Shown here one piece after another: positions 1-12,334 of a stretch of DNA of 64,000 nucleotides. A program made the translations under genes and the position numbers. The notes beneath the pieces were generated by a model. That model was not told the DNA's origin and ran no database searches. It saw nothing but the letters and a program-made list of their open reading frames with translations. Each line of letters opens with the position of its first letter. Position 1 is the first letter of the stretch. The stretch is from the human T2T-CHM13v2.0 reference genome, Homo sapiens. The DNA lies in NCBI RefSeq assembly GCF_009914755.1, contig NC_060934.1. One strand, 5' to 3'.

Positions 1-659
1 CTGAACCAACTCAGCAACTGATTTCTCAGCAATGGATTTCTAGGTGAGCAATGGATTAAGACTTTTCTGGTCTTAAAGCTTGAAATTCACCTCATTTCCC
101 CAATCCCCAAAGGGGAGCAAGTCCGTGTGCAGCCTTCCAAAACCAATGAGTCTGCTTCTAGAACCATCCCAGTCGCCACCTCTGCTGCTTCCTCCTCCTC
201 TTCCCAGGCCCCTGAAGCAATCCGTGGGCCCAGGGTACTTGAGCCAAAGAACAAGGTGCTAGGCCAGGGTGACACAGGCTGGGCCAGCTGTGGAGGACAC
301 AAGACTCCTTCCCCAGTGCACACACAAGTCCTGGTCCAGATGAGAGAAAGGAAGACAGAACATTCCTCTGGCAAAAGGTGACATAGTGGCATTCACGACC
401 AACCCCTTGGCACTCAGGTGATGCTGCCCTTGAACAAATGTCTGAGAGCAGCCTTCTCCCAGTACAGACACGATCAGCTCTCATCCCGGGTCAGGACTGT
501 GGATGCGTAGCTCTCCAGCAAATCACAAACTTCCTAACGTAGCCAGCTGGTCAGTCTTGGCCAAGCCCAAATTCCCCCTCCCCCCAGGCAGCCGTGTGGC
601 ATTCTGAAAGGAGTGAAACTGACCCAATAGGCCCACAGACAGTTGTTGTTGTTGTTGTT

Positions 660-995
660 GTTTAATAAACATAGAAATTGAAATTGACTTTTCTGGGCTT
701 AAAGCTTGAAACTCACCAGATCCAGACAATGAAACACCAGGCCCCTCGTTCATCATGATTCCCTACTTAGCCCTCCTGAGTTCCTGTTTTCCCATACGTA
801 GTTACATTTCTTCCCTGCTATATAAACCCCTTATTTTAGTCAGTTAGGGAGATGGATTTGAGACTGATCTCCCAACTCCTCAGCCGCAGCACCCGATTAA
901 AGCCTTCTTCCTTGGCAACAATCATTGTCTCTGTGATTGGCTTTCTGTGTGGTGAGCAGCAGAACCTAGACTGAACCCCTGGTGTTTCAGTAACA
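660..995 (+). mobile_element. ERV1-class solo LTR, MER39/MER39B-like, probably internally deleted
   Basis: TATA-like 'gctatataaacccc', 'attaaagccttcttcc', 3' end 'aacccctggtgtttcagtaaca'; resembles recalled MER39 consensus. Confidence 0.7.
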
Positions 996-1629
996 GACCT
1001 TGTCTGAAGACCTGGGTGCCACCTGGGTGAGCCCTGGCTGGCTGAGTCTTCAGACAGTGTTGAACCTCTCTCTGCCTGAGATGAAGATAAAAGTAACCGA
1101 TGCTGCTTACTGACCTCACTGGGTACTACAAGGTGCTGTGAGACAAAAATACGGACGTGCTCTGCAAACTCAAGTCCTCGTCAGGATTAGTGACCATTCA
1201 GAGCCCTTCCTCTGGTCCTAGGGGAGCCCCTGGCAGAGGACGGTAAACTTGAATCCCCTGGGGCCCTCAGGAGCAGGAACTCAGAGCAGCCCTCTGAAAA
1301 TCTGAAATTTCTGCAGCATCTCTTGTTTGATCTTCAAAGCTCATACAGACTTTATGTTTCACTCATAATACATCGGTCTGTTTTATTACTAAGAGGACAT
1401 TGTAAAATTAGCTACCATCACCGATGCACCTGGTCAGTGATGCCCCAGCAAGTTGTGACAGGCATACTCGGTGGCTGTCCCAGACACCAGCTCTCACTGC
1501 AGTTTGAGTGGCATAGTGGCTGTGGAGACCCTCACAGTTCTTTCCAGGAAGAGCTCAAATGGCCAACGTGAGCCCCATTATTATAGGTCCTGGCTGGTCT
1601 CTGTGTAGCCAAGATCATGCAGTAAACCC

Positions 1630-1830
1630 TTGCCTAAGTTTGGGCTCCCCCAGAAGCAGAGCCTCAGACAAGGACTTGGTGCAGGTGATTTGGGGTGAGG
1701 GGAAAGTGAGCCCAGGAAGCAGGAGGGAGTGAGTGAAAGAGTAAGAAAAGGAAAGAGAAAAAGCCAATAATACCCAAAGGCTTCATTGAAGCTGCCGCTG
1801 TGGGTCACGGGGACCTGGTTCCTCTGGAAG
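1630..1830 (-). mobile_element. Old ERVL LTR fragment (LTR33-like)
   Basis: 'cctaagtttgggctcccccagaagcagagcctcagacaagga...cccaggaagc...aagccaataa' resembles LTR33-family consensus. Confidence 0.45.
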
Positions 1831-2519
1831 GGATGCACAGAATGCCCCGAGATTGCCCCACCCCATCCAATGCGAGTCAGAGCCAGCTCCCGCGGTCAGT
1901 GCTGGCAGATTCCAGGGGGTTGAGCTCACCCACGCTCCCAGGCTGGACTGGCACGTGGCTAAGTGGGCTCCCTGGGGCCCTGGAGCACAAAGTGAAAAGA
2001 TGCCCTGTGCTCGTGGAGTGGGGATATTGTCAGGATGCAAAGGTCTGGGCACAAATGGAACCTTCCAGTCAGAGCTAGCTTCAGTCACATTGGTCCAGGC
2101 CTGGCTGCTCCTATAACCATCAACCCTCTGGGAGGCCTAGAGCTCAAGTCCTTCCTCATAGCAGAGTTAACCTTGGGCTGAAACAGAAGCATGCTTTAAC
2201 TGTGGGAGGGAAGCTTTCTAAGTCATATTACCCACTCAGCCTTGATCCAGCACCTCCATGGATGGTGCTTCCTTGATAACTCAGGCTCATCATGGATAGA
2301 GCCACGGCCCAGAGATGAGAGGTGCACCCCGGAACCCACCAAGGCCAGGGCTGTTGGACCCACACTAGGGATCCCCCCAAATGTCCTGTTTCTGCATTTT
2401 GTAGCTGTTCTGACACCTGTGGTATCCTGCTGGTGACATATGAGCTTTCTAGAAAATAATCTGAGACCATATCTCAAGAACTTTTAGAATGGGCAGAACA
2501 TTTTCCACAATAATATATA

Positions 2520-2880
2520 GATATCCAAAGAGCTGTCATCCCAAGGAAACACCTATAAATGTCAAAGTCACCTCGTTGTTTATGAGAGCAAAGAACAAAG
2601 AATTTAAATGTCAAAGAAAGGGGGTTGATAAATAATTCCTGGCTAAGTTACACAGTGGATTGTTATATGTAGAGTGTGGCCTGAAGTTGTACAGTCCTGA
2701 TTTCATAAATCTATCCAAACATGCACTTTAAAAATCCTAAAATAAAATACACCAAAACTCCAAATGTAGTAACCCCTGAGTGGTGAGATTACAGTCATTT
2801 GAATTGTCTTCTTTATACTTGTCTGTATTTTCCAAATTTTATGTAAGCATGTGTGTCTTTTATCATGAGAGCCAAAGTTT
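2520..2880 (+). mobile_element. Very old L1 (L1ME-like) 3' fragment
   Basis: AT-rich 'ggttgataaataattc...aaaatacaccaaaa...gagtggtgagattaca...ttgtctgtattttccaaatttt' typical of L1ME 3' ends. Confidence 0.5.
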
Positions 2881-5039
2881 TTTGCAATGACACAAAGGCC
2901 ACTATCTCAGACACTGGGCCCACCAGGACCGGAGCCCCCTCTGCACTCGCAGTGAAGGCTGTTCCTGGACATGAGAAATCGTGATCCTGGGACTTGCCCA
3001 CCTCCCAGGGTTCACTGGGCTCCCCTCCCACACAACCCAGTCTCTTGAGGAGTCAGGGGCTGTCTCTGGCAAGTGATCCCCATTGCCCCGTCCTGAACAG
3101 AGCCGGCTGGCATTTTGGCAAAATGTTCTGAACAGTTTCTGACCCAGAGGAACCTGGAAACTTCAGCCTCTTGGCCCAGCCTTGAAAACAGCTTTGCCAG
3201 GCTCATCCTGGTACAGGTCCCGGGAGATGATCAAGCCCATTGTCCAGGACAGAAAACTGAGGCCACCCAGAACTGTGCCACATCTGGCCACCCCCTGGTG
3301 ATCCCAATAAGCCTAAGTCCCAGCCTGACTGAGAGCCCCACGTGGGCTGATCTATGAGGTTACTGGAAAGAGGAGGCTGGCCTCAGGTTCAGGAGGGCTC
3401 CCCAGTCCTAACATCCCACTCTCCATGCCCAAGACTAAGATGTGTCCCGGGAAGTGCAGGGCTGGTCTACCACAATACGGCCAAGGCACCCTTCGGGGCG
3501 GCCAGGAAAATTCCAAGAGGGCAAGAATGCCCTCCCTGCCTCTACAGTGCCTCCTCCTTCAAGAGCTTAGGTTTCAGAGGTAGATAGTGCTGGTTCAGAT
3601 TCCAGCTTGTGGCCTTGACTTGGCCATTCATGTCTCTGTCTGGGAGGAGCTTCCAGGAAATTATCAGCTCCCTGGTTTGAACCCCAGTAGCCACCATGTG
3701 AGCACCTCAGGGAGCTGTGGGCAGCCTACCTGCAAAAGGCAGTCTCTACCAGAGCAGGGGGAGCATCACGGCCCTCCTCTATAGGCTGCAGCCTGGTCTC
3801 TGCCTCCCCTTATGGAATCCCACCTCCCACTGGGGTAGGGCCTTCAGCAGGGAGCCCAGGCCACAAATATGGGGCCCTGAGAAGAAGGCACCTTTGCCGC
3901 CCCACCCCCACACCACCCCAGAAAGCAGGAGCTGATTCCAGATGTGGCCTGCCAAGGGGGCCATAGCTGGCAGGGACCGCAAGTCATCCAGTCCAGTGGT
4001 ATTATGTTACTTAGGTGTTAAGATATCACATTTCTTAGCTTGCCCTAAATCAACACAAACCTGTCTAGGAGCCCCCATTCAACAAGATGATTAATACAAT
4101 GCCTTTGTGTTGAGTGGTCCCTCCAGTGTCAAAGACCTCCAGGAAATTCAGGGAAGGGGTCTTGCATCGTCAGGCCCCAGCAGTCCTCTCTAAGGGCTTG
4201 CCAACAGCTCTGGGGGTTCCGCACTTGTATCCAACCCAGATGATCCTACCCAGTTGATCCAACCCAGGTGATCCTATGAAGGTGGATGGCTCTGCTGTCT
4301 TTGTGCCAAGCTTGGGAACAGATATCCTAGTGAACCAGGAGCCTGGGCACCTGCAGTCCCTCTCTCTGGGTGTCCCCGACATCCATGTCCTTCCAAAAGC
4401 CTTCCCTCACCACAGCCCCTCCAGGGGATGTGTGTGAGTAGGGCCCAGGTTCCTGCCCCTTCTAGAACCACAAAACCCTGAGCCTTGCCAGCCCAACCCA
4501 CACACCTCCTTCACGTTGGTTCACATCCCCCCTTAGAGGCCTGCCACCATGAGATAACCAAGCCCAACAGCTCCTGGCTACCTGGCTTTTGAAGCAAATG
4601 CCTGGGTGAGGTCTGTGTTCTCTGTGTCCCCCATCCTCTTCAAAGAAGGGGGATTGATAAATAATTCCTGGCTAAGTTACATGGTGGATTGTTATATGTA
4701 GAGTGTGGCCTGATCTCCAAAAGCTGTTAGCAAACCCCTGCTGCATTCATAAAGGTTTGGCTACCTTGTATATCTGGAGGAAGGATACAAGGATGGCAAA
4801 GAAAGTGGCATCTTGATAATCATCCTGGCACCGAAGTGCATGGAAAACAGTCTGGAAGGATGTACACCCAACAGGGAGGGGCCAAGGAGGGCTGCAGGGA
4901 AGCAAAGGAGACTTTATCACCACTTTGAAAAACTTCTGTACAGTTGGGACATTTCATTACCCATCATATATTATCCTCATTATTCTTTTTTTTTTTTTCC
5001 TTTTTTTGGCTAGTGCTGGCTAAATAACAGAAAATGAAG

Positions 5040-5490
5040 TAATTTGTTATTTACCAAGCATCATTTATGTGCCAGGTGATCAAAACAAATGTGGAATCTT
5101 GTATTTACAGTTATGATGTAAAGTAAACAATGAGCCGCAGTTGGCCAAGCAAAGAGCGATGGAAGTGAACAGTATCCCAGGCAGAAGGAGGAATATCAGC
5201 TGGTCCTGGGTGGGAAAGAGCTTAGCAGATTGGAGGAACAAAAATAGGCCAGTGCAGCTAGAGCACAGTGACTCAAGGAGCAGGGACAGAGATGAGGGTG
5301 GAGAGAAGCCTTGAGGCAGATCACATGGGTAGTTAAGGAAGGTTGTGTTCAGGGAGTTTGCGTTTCATTTTGAGTGTGCTGGGAACCATCAAAGGCTTTT
5401 AAGCAGGGAGCAACATGATCAGATTTACATTTTTTAGTAGATAACTCTGTCTTCTTGCTGTGTGGAGAATGTTGGAGGGCAAGACAGGAA
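5040..5490 (-). mobile_element. L2 LINE fragment
   Basis: 'tatgtgccagg', 'ccaggcagaagg', 'ggccagtgcagctagagcacagtga', 'ggcttttaagcagggagcaacatgatcagatttacatttt'. Confidence 0.75.
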
Positions 5491-5699
5491 GTGTTATCAG
5501 TTAAAGGATGCCCAGAAGAGGAATCTCATGATCCATGATTTTAAAAGAAAAATAAATAAAACAAAGGGCCCTGTTTCTTACCAGGAGGAGCCTGACATCC
5601 AAGGAGACAGGGGCAAAAGAATTAGGTATGTTACACCTAGCAGGCAGGACAGCACAGAAGTTGGTGGCTGAGGTCTATGGGTCCACGGTCATTGGCTGT

Positions 5700-5850
5700 G
5701 CTGCTTGCCGGTCAAGTGATGTGGACAGGTTGCTCAACCTTTCAAAGCATTGGTTTCTTCCTCTGAAAAGTAGAAGGTAATTATATCTACCTCTCAAGAT
5801 TGCCAAGAATATGAATGAGCTACTGCATGTGTCATATATCATGCTTAGCT
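5700..5850 (+). mobile_element. MIR SINE fragment
   Basis: 'ggacaggttgctcaacctt...ggtttcttcctctgaaaagtagaaggtaattatatctacctctcaagattg'. Confidence 0.55.
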
Positions 5851-5867
5851 CTGTAATGTTACTTTAT

Positions 5868-6337
5868 AACCATCATCGTCATCACCATCATCATCACCAC
5901 CATCTTCATTATCATCACCATTATCACCACCACCATTATCATTATCACTATCATCATCATCTTCAACACCATCATTCATCATCGTTGCCACCACCATCAT
6001 CACCACCACCATCTTCATTATCATCACCATTATCACCACCACTACAATCAACATCATAATCATCACCACCACCACCATTACCACTACCATCATCATCTTC
6101 TTCAACACCATCATCATCATCATCATTGCCACCACCATCATCACTACCACCATCTTCATTATCATCATGATTATCACCACCACCACCATCATCACCATCA
6201 TAATCATCATCACCATCATCACCAGCATCATTATCATCACCACCACCACCACCACCATTACCACTACCATCATCATCATCTTCAACACCATCATCATCAT
6301 CATCATCATTGCCACCACCATCATCACCACCATCATT
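5868..6337. repeat. Compound (CAT/CAC)n trinucleotide repeat with higher-order blocks
   Basis: About 470 bp of cat/cac/tat triplets; recurring 'cttcaacaccatca', 'tgccaccaccatcatcac', 'caccatcttcattatcatca'. Confidence 0.97.
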
Positions 6338-6451
6338 GATCCTGCTCCTAGACTCCATCAAAGTCCAGAGTCCAGCATTCTACCCCAACTCACCTCTGAA
6401 TAACTCTGGGATCTGAGTGGGCCTCCTATCCTCAGTCTCCATGCCCTCTGT

Positions 6452-7488
6452 CAGGCTGTTCTCACAACTGTGGGGCTCCTTGTTCAAAATGAAAATGTGG
6501 GACCTCTTTTTCAAAAAGCAGGAAAAAGGTATCATTGAAGTTACTAAAATACAGAGCTTTCTTCTTTCTTCCAGTCTCTCTCTCTCATCTTATCATGATA
6601 TTTTTTATTTGCTATTTGATGCCATTCTAAGTACAGAAAAATTAAAATTTTTAATTACTAACATGAATTTTACCATTCATCATTATATTGCACAATACCA
6701 GTTTTAGATACAAATATAAGAACAATTTAACTCATATGTGAAATCAACAAAATTATAATTTGTATTTGATATTTTGTACACACAAGTATATTTTTGTCCT
6801 TGCTAGAACAGTAGAAATGCTGCACACACAAAAACTCAACTGTTTTCTGTTTTTATTTCACTCCTGGATAGAATCACATTCTACCAACACTCTCTGCCTT
6901 TGCCTTACTGATGGGTAAGGAAGAAGTGAAGCAAAAAGGAACTATGGCTGCCCAGTCTTCCCCTTTCCTTCTGTGTCATCACTTTCAGTGTAAGTGCTTG
7001 ACTAACACAGGGAAGTGACATGAGTAAGAAAAGGCATGACAGGTTTCCTTGGTCGTTTGTGTTTCTTCCAACATCACTGCCTTTTTTCCGCATTCTAAGC
7101 AAGTTCTGGTTTGAATGGAAAGCGTGGCCTGTCAATGCTGTCTATGCCCTTGCTCACTCAGCTGTGCATGCAACAAGTATCCCTTGTACTCACTTTGAGT
7201 CACACTTCCATGCATCATGGTTTCCCTGGAATGCTATGCTCATGGGGCATCAAGAACACCACATGCTGACAAGGCAGCAAGGAACAGCAGGCATGTCTAT
7301 TGCATGAATCTCCAGCTCATGTGCCCACTCCATGGTCCCATTAGACTTCACCTGCAAAACACCAGTTCAAAGATAAAATTATTAAAATTTCAAGATGATG
7401 GCAGAAGAGCATTAACCCAAGAAGCTCAGGGCCTGATCACAGGGCCCTTTGCAACTGCACAGGCCTCAGGCCCATGAGGCTGGCCCTG
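6452..7488 (-). mobile_element. MER45B-like non-autonomous hAT-Tip100 DNA transposon, near full length
   Basis: Ends 'cagg...caaaatgaaaatgtggg' and 'gcaactgcacaggcc...cccatgaggctggccctg' match MER45 termini; span about 1.04 kb. Confidence 0.8.
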
Positions 7489-8725
7489 GCTCTCCTGGAA
7501 AATGGGCACAGTTTCCAGTTTGTCCATCTCACAGGGTTGTGGGAGGCCTATACACAAGCCAGCAAGTGGAAACCCTTTGCAAACGGTAACTGTGACCGTA
7601 ACCATAACCATAACTGGACCAACATGCAGCTGCCACACTCCCCCGAGTGTGGCATGGTATGCAGAGCAAGCATACCACACCAGGCATAGCGAGCGCCAGC
7701 CGCAGCCAGCACCAGCAGGGAGCTGGGCAGCGGTGAGCTGATTCGAATTCCAGATGAGCGTGAATGACACAAAATCCGTTTTACTTGCAAATTCTGAACC
7801 GTGCGCAGGAACCCAGCAAGCTCTGCATCACAACATGTTTCTCCAAGCAGCCGTTGGGCTGTAAAACGGACGATCGCTGTTTGCAGTCAAGCTCTGTTAT
7901 GCTGGGCAAGTCAAAGCCAGTTCCCTTCTGCCAGGGCTCAGCAGAGGTGTGACCCCCTCGTAAAGCCTTGCCTGTGTCTGGGGAAGGTGTCAGGAATCAC
8001 CACACATTCCCCGTTTGGAAAGCGATTCTGCAACATGGAAGTCTGGGCTGTTCTGAGGCTCTGTCCAGCTCAACAGGCAAAACAGAAGGGGAAGCTCCCA
8101 AGATCCAGAGACCTCGCTCTCCACCCACAGTCATGGAACCCGGGTCCATCGGTGATGCTGAGGGAGCCCCAAGCCCTGGGTGAGCTTCCTCAACTCTAGA
8201 GTTGAAGCAAGAACACCACAAGGGCACCACAAACGCTTCCCGTCCATGACTGTTCTCATGCTCACATCCACCGTGACACGCGGGCATCACAGCCCCACTT
8301 AACATCGCTGCACCTGAGGCTTAGCAAAGTTAAGTGACAAAAACTGTGATTGTCCCAGTGGCACATGACAAAATGGAGGCTTTGAGAGGTTAAGCAGTTT
8401 GCCCGAGGTCACCAGCAGGGCCAAGGGCCACACCGAAGTCTGGGTAATGCCTAGGTCCACGCTCCGACTCAGGGCACAAGAGCTAAGAAGAAACGAGCTC
8501 ACACATGTGACAGGGCATCATGACCTTCACTGGAGCACAGTGTGGGTGGCACCAGTTGCCCTAAACACAGAGGGCATCTCCTGGGCCATTGTCAGGGGAG
8601 AAAGAGGGTGGCACTTGGGTGAGGAATTCCAGCCTATCTGCCTCCAGGGCTCCTTGGAGCCTGGCCCAGAGTTGAAGAGGCATTTTTCCCTCCACCCTGC
8701 CCAGCTCTCCCCTACCCCCTCCATA

Positions 8726-8790
8726 TACACACATGCACACACACACAAACACAAACACACATGCACATGCACACACACATGCACACGCGT
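8726..8790. repeat. Imperfect (CA)n microsatellite
   Basis: acacacatgcacacacacacaaacac... Confidence 0.9.
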
Positions 8791-9024
8791 GCTCTATATG
8801 TGTGATGGCCCTTCACCAACCTCCCCCCTTCCTCTCCCTTCAGCCCGCAAGTCTTCTCCATTCTCCCACCCAGGCTTCCGTAAGCCTCCCTGCCCTTTTC
8901 CTCACAATGCCACGGTCTGGCTGCAGAATCACCAGGGTCCTAATTCCAGCACGGGCTTTATGCCCCCAGCTCTGAGCCCCAGACCCCCATCTGATGATGA
9001 TGGGCCTCCCTGCAGCAGAGGGTG

Positions 9025-9088
9025 GTGTGTGGGGTGTGTGTGTGTGTGTGTGTGTGTGCATGCGTGCATGCATTTGTGTGTGTGTGTG
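9025..9088. repeat. Imperfect (TG)n microsatellite
   Basis: gtgtgtgtgt...gcatgcgtgcatgcatttgtgtgtg. Confidence 0.9.
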
Positions 9089-9449
9089 AGAGTGCCTGGC
9101 AGGTGGGGCCTCACTGGCCTGCCTTTTCCTTGCCTGTTCACACCAGTGTAAAACCAACCAGGCAACAGGCACTGCCCACATCAGAGAGCTCTCAGGACTC
9201 CCACTCTGAGCAGAAGGCTCTGGGGGAAACACTAGAATTTAGTAGGAATTCTAGGGGGAAAGTGGAGAAAATGTGTAAGTACATAAACGATAGAATAGCA
9301 TTCCCGGGTGCTGAAGGAATCAACAAATGTTCAGGTTGTTAAGGCCCCCCCGGTACCAAACTGCATCTGCCCTAAAGGCGACGAAACTCCCACCAACTCC
9401 AAATGTTCATCACCCACCGCTTCTCTCTTCATAAATATGGCAACCAAAC

Positions 9450-10500
9450 CAGGTAATGAAGGACACCAACCATGTGGAAGGTAAGAACAAACAAACAGAA
9501 TGCAAAGAACAGAAAGGAACTTTTAAAAGGTTAGTGCCTTTGGAGAAAGTCAAGAAGGTATTGTGTCCCTAAAAAGAAAACAGGCTCTGCTTAAAATGGA
9601 GCAATGAGAAAGCCAGAAAGAATTCTCAGAAATAAAACTGCTAAAAGAAAAAGTTCATGAAAAAAGACATACAGTTGAAGAAATCTCTCAGAATATATAT
9701 CAATAAAACAAAGAGAAAAATACAAGAGAAATCACCTGAGATATATAAGCTCAATCTATGAAGTTCTATATTAATTTACTAGGAATTATAAAAAAAAATT
9801 AAATGGAGAAAATGTAGAAATTATACAAATGAGAGTATAGCATCTCTCAAGTGCTGCAGGAATCTACAAATCTTCTGGTTGACAGGACCTTCTAGATACC
9901 AAGCAGAATAGATGAAGAAAGACCCGCCTCCAGATAAACTGTCATGAAAACTGGAACTCCAAGGACAAGGAGAATATTTTAAAGGCTTCCAGATGGGAAA
10001 AACAGATTATTAGCAAAGGAATGACAATCATGTTGGTGTGTGACTTCTCATCAGCAACGTTGAAAACCAGAAGACTAGAGCAATGATCCCAAGTTCTCAT
10101 TAAAGAAATTAAACTTACAATTGTATGTTTGAATAGAAACTATTAAATAAGTGCAAGGGCAAAATAACATTTTCAGGCACAAAAATACTTAAAAATCTAC
10201 ATCCTGAATATTCTTTTTGAAAAATGCTCTCTCGGGATATTCTCCAGCAAAATGAAGAAGGTATCTAAGCAAGAAAAAAGATATGGGAATTCTAAAAACA
10301 AAGTAGACTTATCCCAGGCATCCAAAGAAAAACTTCTAGATAACAGAACTAGAAAAAAAAATCCATCCAGATCCTAACAAGGGGTAAGAGAACCCTGGGG
10401 GTGGGGGGTAGGGGCAGCGGTGGGGTGGGGAATCTTCAAGAAGAGAACATTTTCTTATTTTCTTTAACAAAAAGTAGGGTTGGAGACTAGATAGTTTAAA
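9450..10500 (+). mobile_element. Old L1/HAL1 ORF1 fossil
   Basis: 'aaggacaaggagaatattttaaaggcttccaga...gacttctcatcagcaacgttgaaaaccagaagac' resembles L1 ORF1 KDKEKILKASRE...DFSSATL..RRQ; many stops. Confidence 0.75.
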
Positions 10501-10549
10501 GATATAATAGAGGTATATACTGTTGCTCTCTTGTCAAAAAGAAAAAAAC

Positions 10550-10755
10550 GTAGCAAGATCCCATCTCTAAAAAAAGGTTTTAAATTAGCCAGGCATGGTG
10601 ATAAGCACCTGTAGTCCAAGCTAATGGGGAGGCTGAGTCAGGAGGATCACTTGAAACCAGGAGACAGAGGCTGCAGTGAGCTATAATAGTGCCATTGCAT
10701 TCCAGCCTGAGCAACAGAGTGAGACCCCATCTCTTAAAAAGAAAGAAAAGAAAAA
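10550..10755 (+). mobile_element. 5'-truncated AluJ
   Basis: Right arm 'ggaggatcacttgaa...ggctgcagtgagctat' plus A-rich tail. Confidence 0.9.
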
Positions 10756-10789
10756 CAATTAAAAATTTCAGGAAGAAAAATAAAGTTCT

Positions 10790-11889
10790 ATGCTATACTA
10801 TTGTAAATTGCATTTAAAGGTTGACATTGAGGTTAAATAGTACTTGTTTTGCAATGATAATAAAAATACAGCTTTTGGTAAAGTACAATGTCATGGTAAA
10901 AACAGTATTCTTACTAAATTTAAAAACCTATGAAGTGGAAATTTACTTGGAATTGGTAATGGTGCACATATAATTTATAATTTGTTCCAAATAGGCTGTG
11001 ATATTCTAACAATTTAAGTAAAAGCTGTAGTTGCCAACATTTAGAAATTATATATATGCTGTATAACAAAAATTTTGTGACAAAGCTGATTAAAGATGAA
11101 AAAAAACCATGCTACAGCATGGCTTGTGTACTTTCTCTCTTTGCTGCCTGCCACATATCAGATTTTAGAAAAGTTTGAGCTTTTGAAGTCAATCTGAGTA
11201 TCCTGTGACAATATTAAACTTTTTTGTAGATGAGTCCTCTAAATTTTGGATACATGGTTTTCAAAAAATTGGAGACGTTTGATCAGATTATTCAACACAC
11301 GGACTTTCCATCTTTGAAGTTTTGAAAGAATTGCATTAATTGAAAACAAAGCCTATAAATGAAAAGACGTTGAAATTTATCCCTTAAAAAAAAAAAAAGG
11401 AGAAATTCAGCACATTAAACAATTAGACCTCAATGTGGAAATTCTATAATGATATTTCAGAATATCTTGACTTGTGACAAGACTCTTTTGATGGAGCTTC
11501 TATTTTAATTAGAAAGAAATATGCTGTTCCAGGAGGGCATGAAACTGAGAAAGCCTACAACTTTGCAGCTTCCAAATTTAATGAAGCATTTGAAAGAATC
11601 ACAAATAGATATGACTTATTTGATGAATTTTGTCTTGTAAAAATATTTGCTGAAGAAAGTTACTCTGAAAGGAGGCAAAAAGACAGTATATGGTAAAATA
11701 TTTAGGCTGAAAGAGTTTCACATTTTAGTGTCAAAAAGTTAGCATTGAAAATATCCTTCATTTCCCTTGAGCTGATTAGGGCCTCAACATCTCTAGAGAG
11801 AATATTTTCCCAATTCAAAATATTATGATCTATAATGAAGAGTGTAGTACAGATGTCAATAATTTCAAGTTCATTAACCATAATATGTT
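10790..11889 (+). mobile_element. hAT DNA transposon transposase fossil (BLACKJACK-like)
   Basis: 11781 onward translates ASTSLERIFSQFKIL*, the hAT C-terminal dimerisation motif (S..ERxFS); upstream degenerate GIG..AHI..N and FLSLLPA-like segments. Confidence 0.65.
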
Positions 11890-12114
11890 TCTCGAACTCC
11901 TGGCCTCAAACGATCCTCCCACCTCGGCCTCCCTAGTGGCTGGGACTACAGGCGAGCACAGCTATGCCCAACTAATTTCTTTATTTTTTATTTTTTGTAG
12001 AGATGGAGTCTTGCCATGTTGCACAGACTGCTCTTGAACTCCTGAGCTCAAGTGATCCTCCGGCTCCAGCCTTCCAAAGTGCTGAGATTATAGGCATGAG
12101 CCACCATGCCCAGC
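11890..12114 (-). mobile_element. AluJ, partial
   Basis: 'ctcctgagctcaagtgatcctcc...caaagtgctgagattataggcatgagccaccatgcccagc'. Confidence 0.9.
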
Positions 12115-12334
12115 TGTCACTTTTGGTTTTAGAAAGAATTTGATTGTTGAAAATAGTTTGTTGTAGAACCATTTATAGAACCAAAATAATAAAAAACAAC
12201 TTGTCAGTCAAGAAATAAATATTTCCAAAATATATACATTTCTTGTTATTTTAGAATTTCTTTTCATCCTCAAAAGTGCCTTGGTTTCGTCAATGAAATA
12301 TAAGTCATGCTAGCCCTGAAGGATGAGGAGGCAT

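Noticed and set aside
5811-6403. Poly-His, Met/Val, Asp/Gly and Ile/Thr ORFs
   Set aside because: Translations of the (CAT/CAC)n repeat; no splice or domain context.
8399-9151. 250-aa ORF
   Set aside because: Non-ATG start, runs through CA/TG microsatellites, no recognisable domain.
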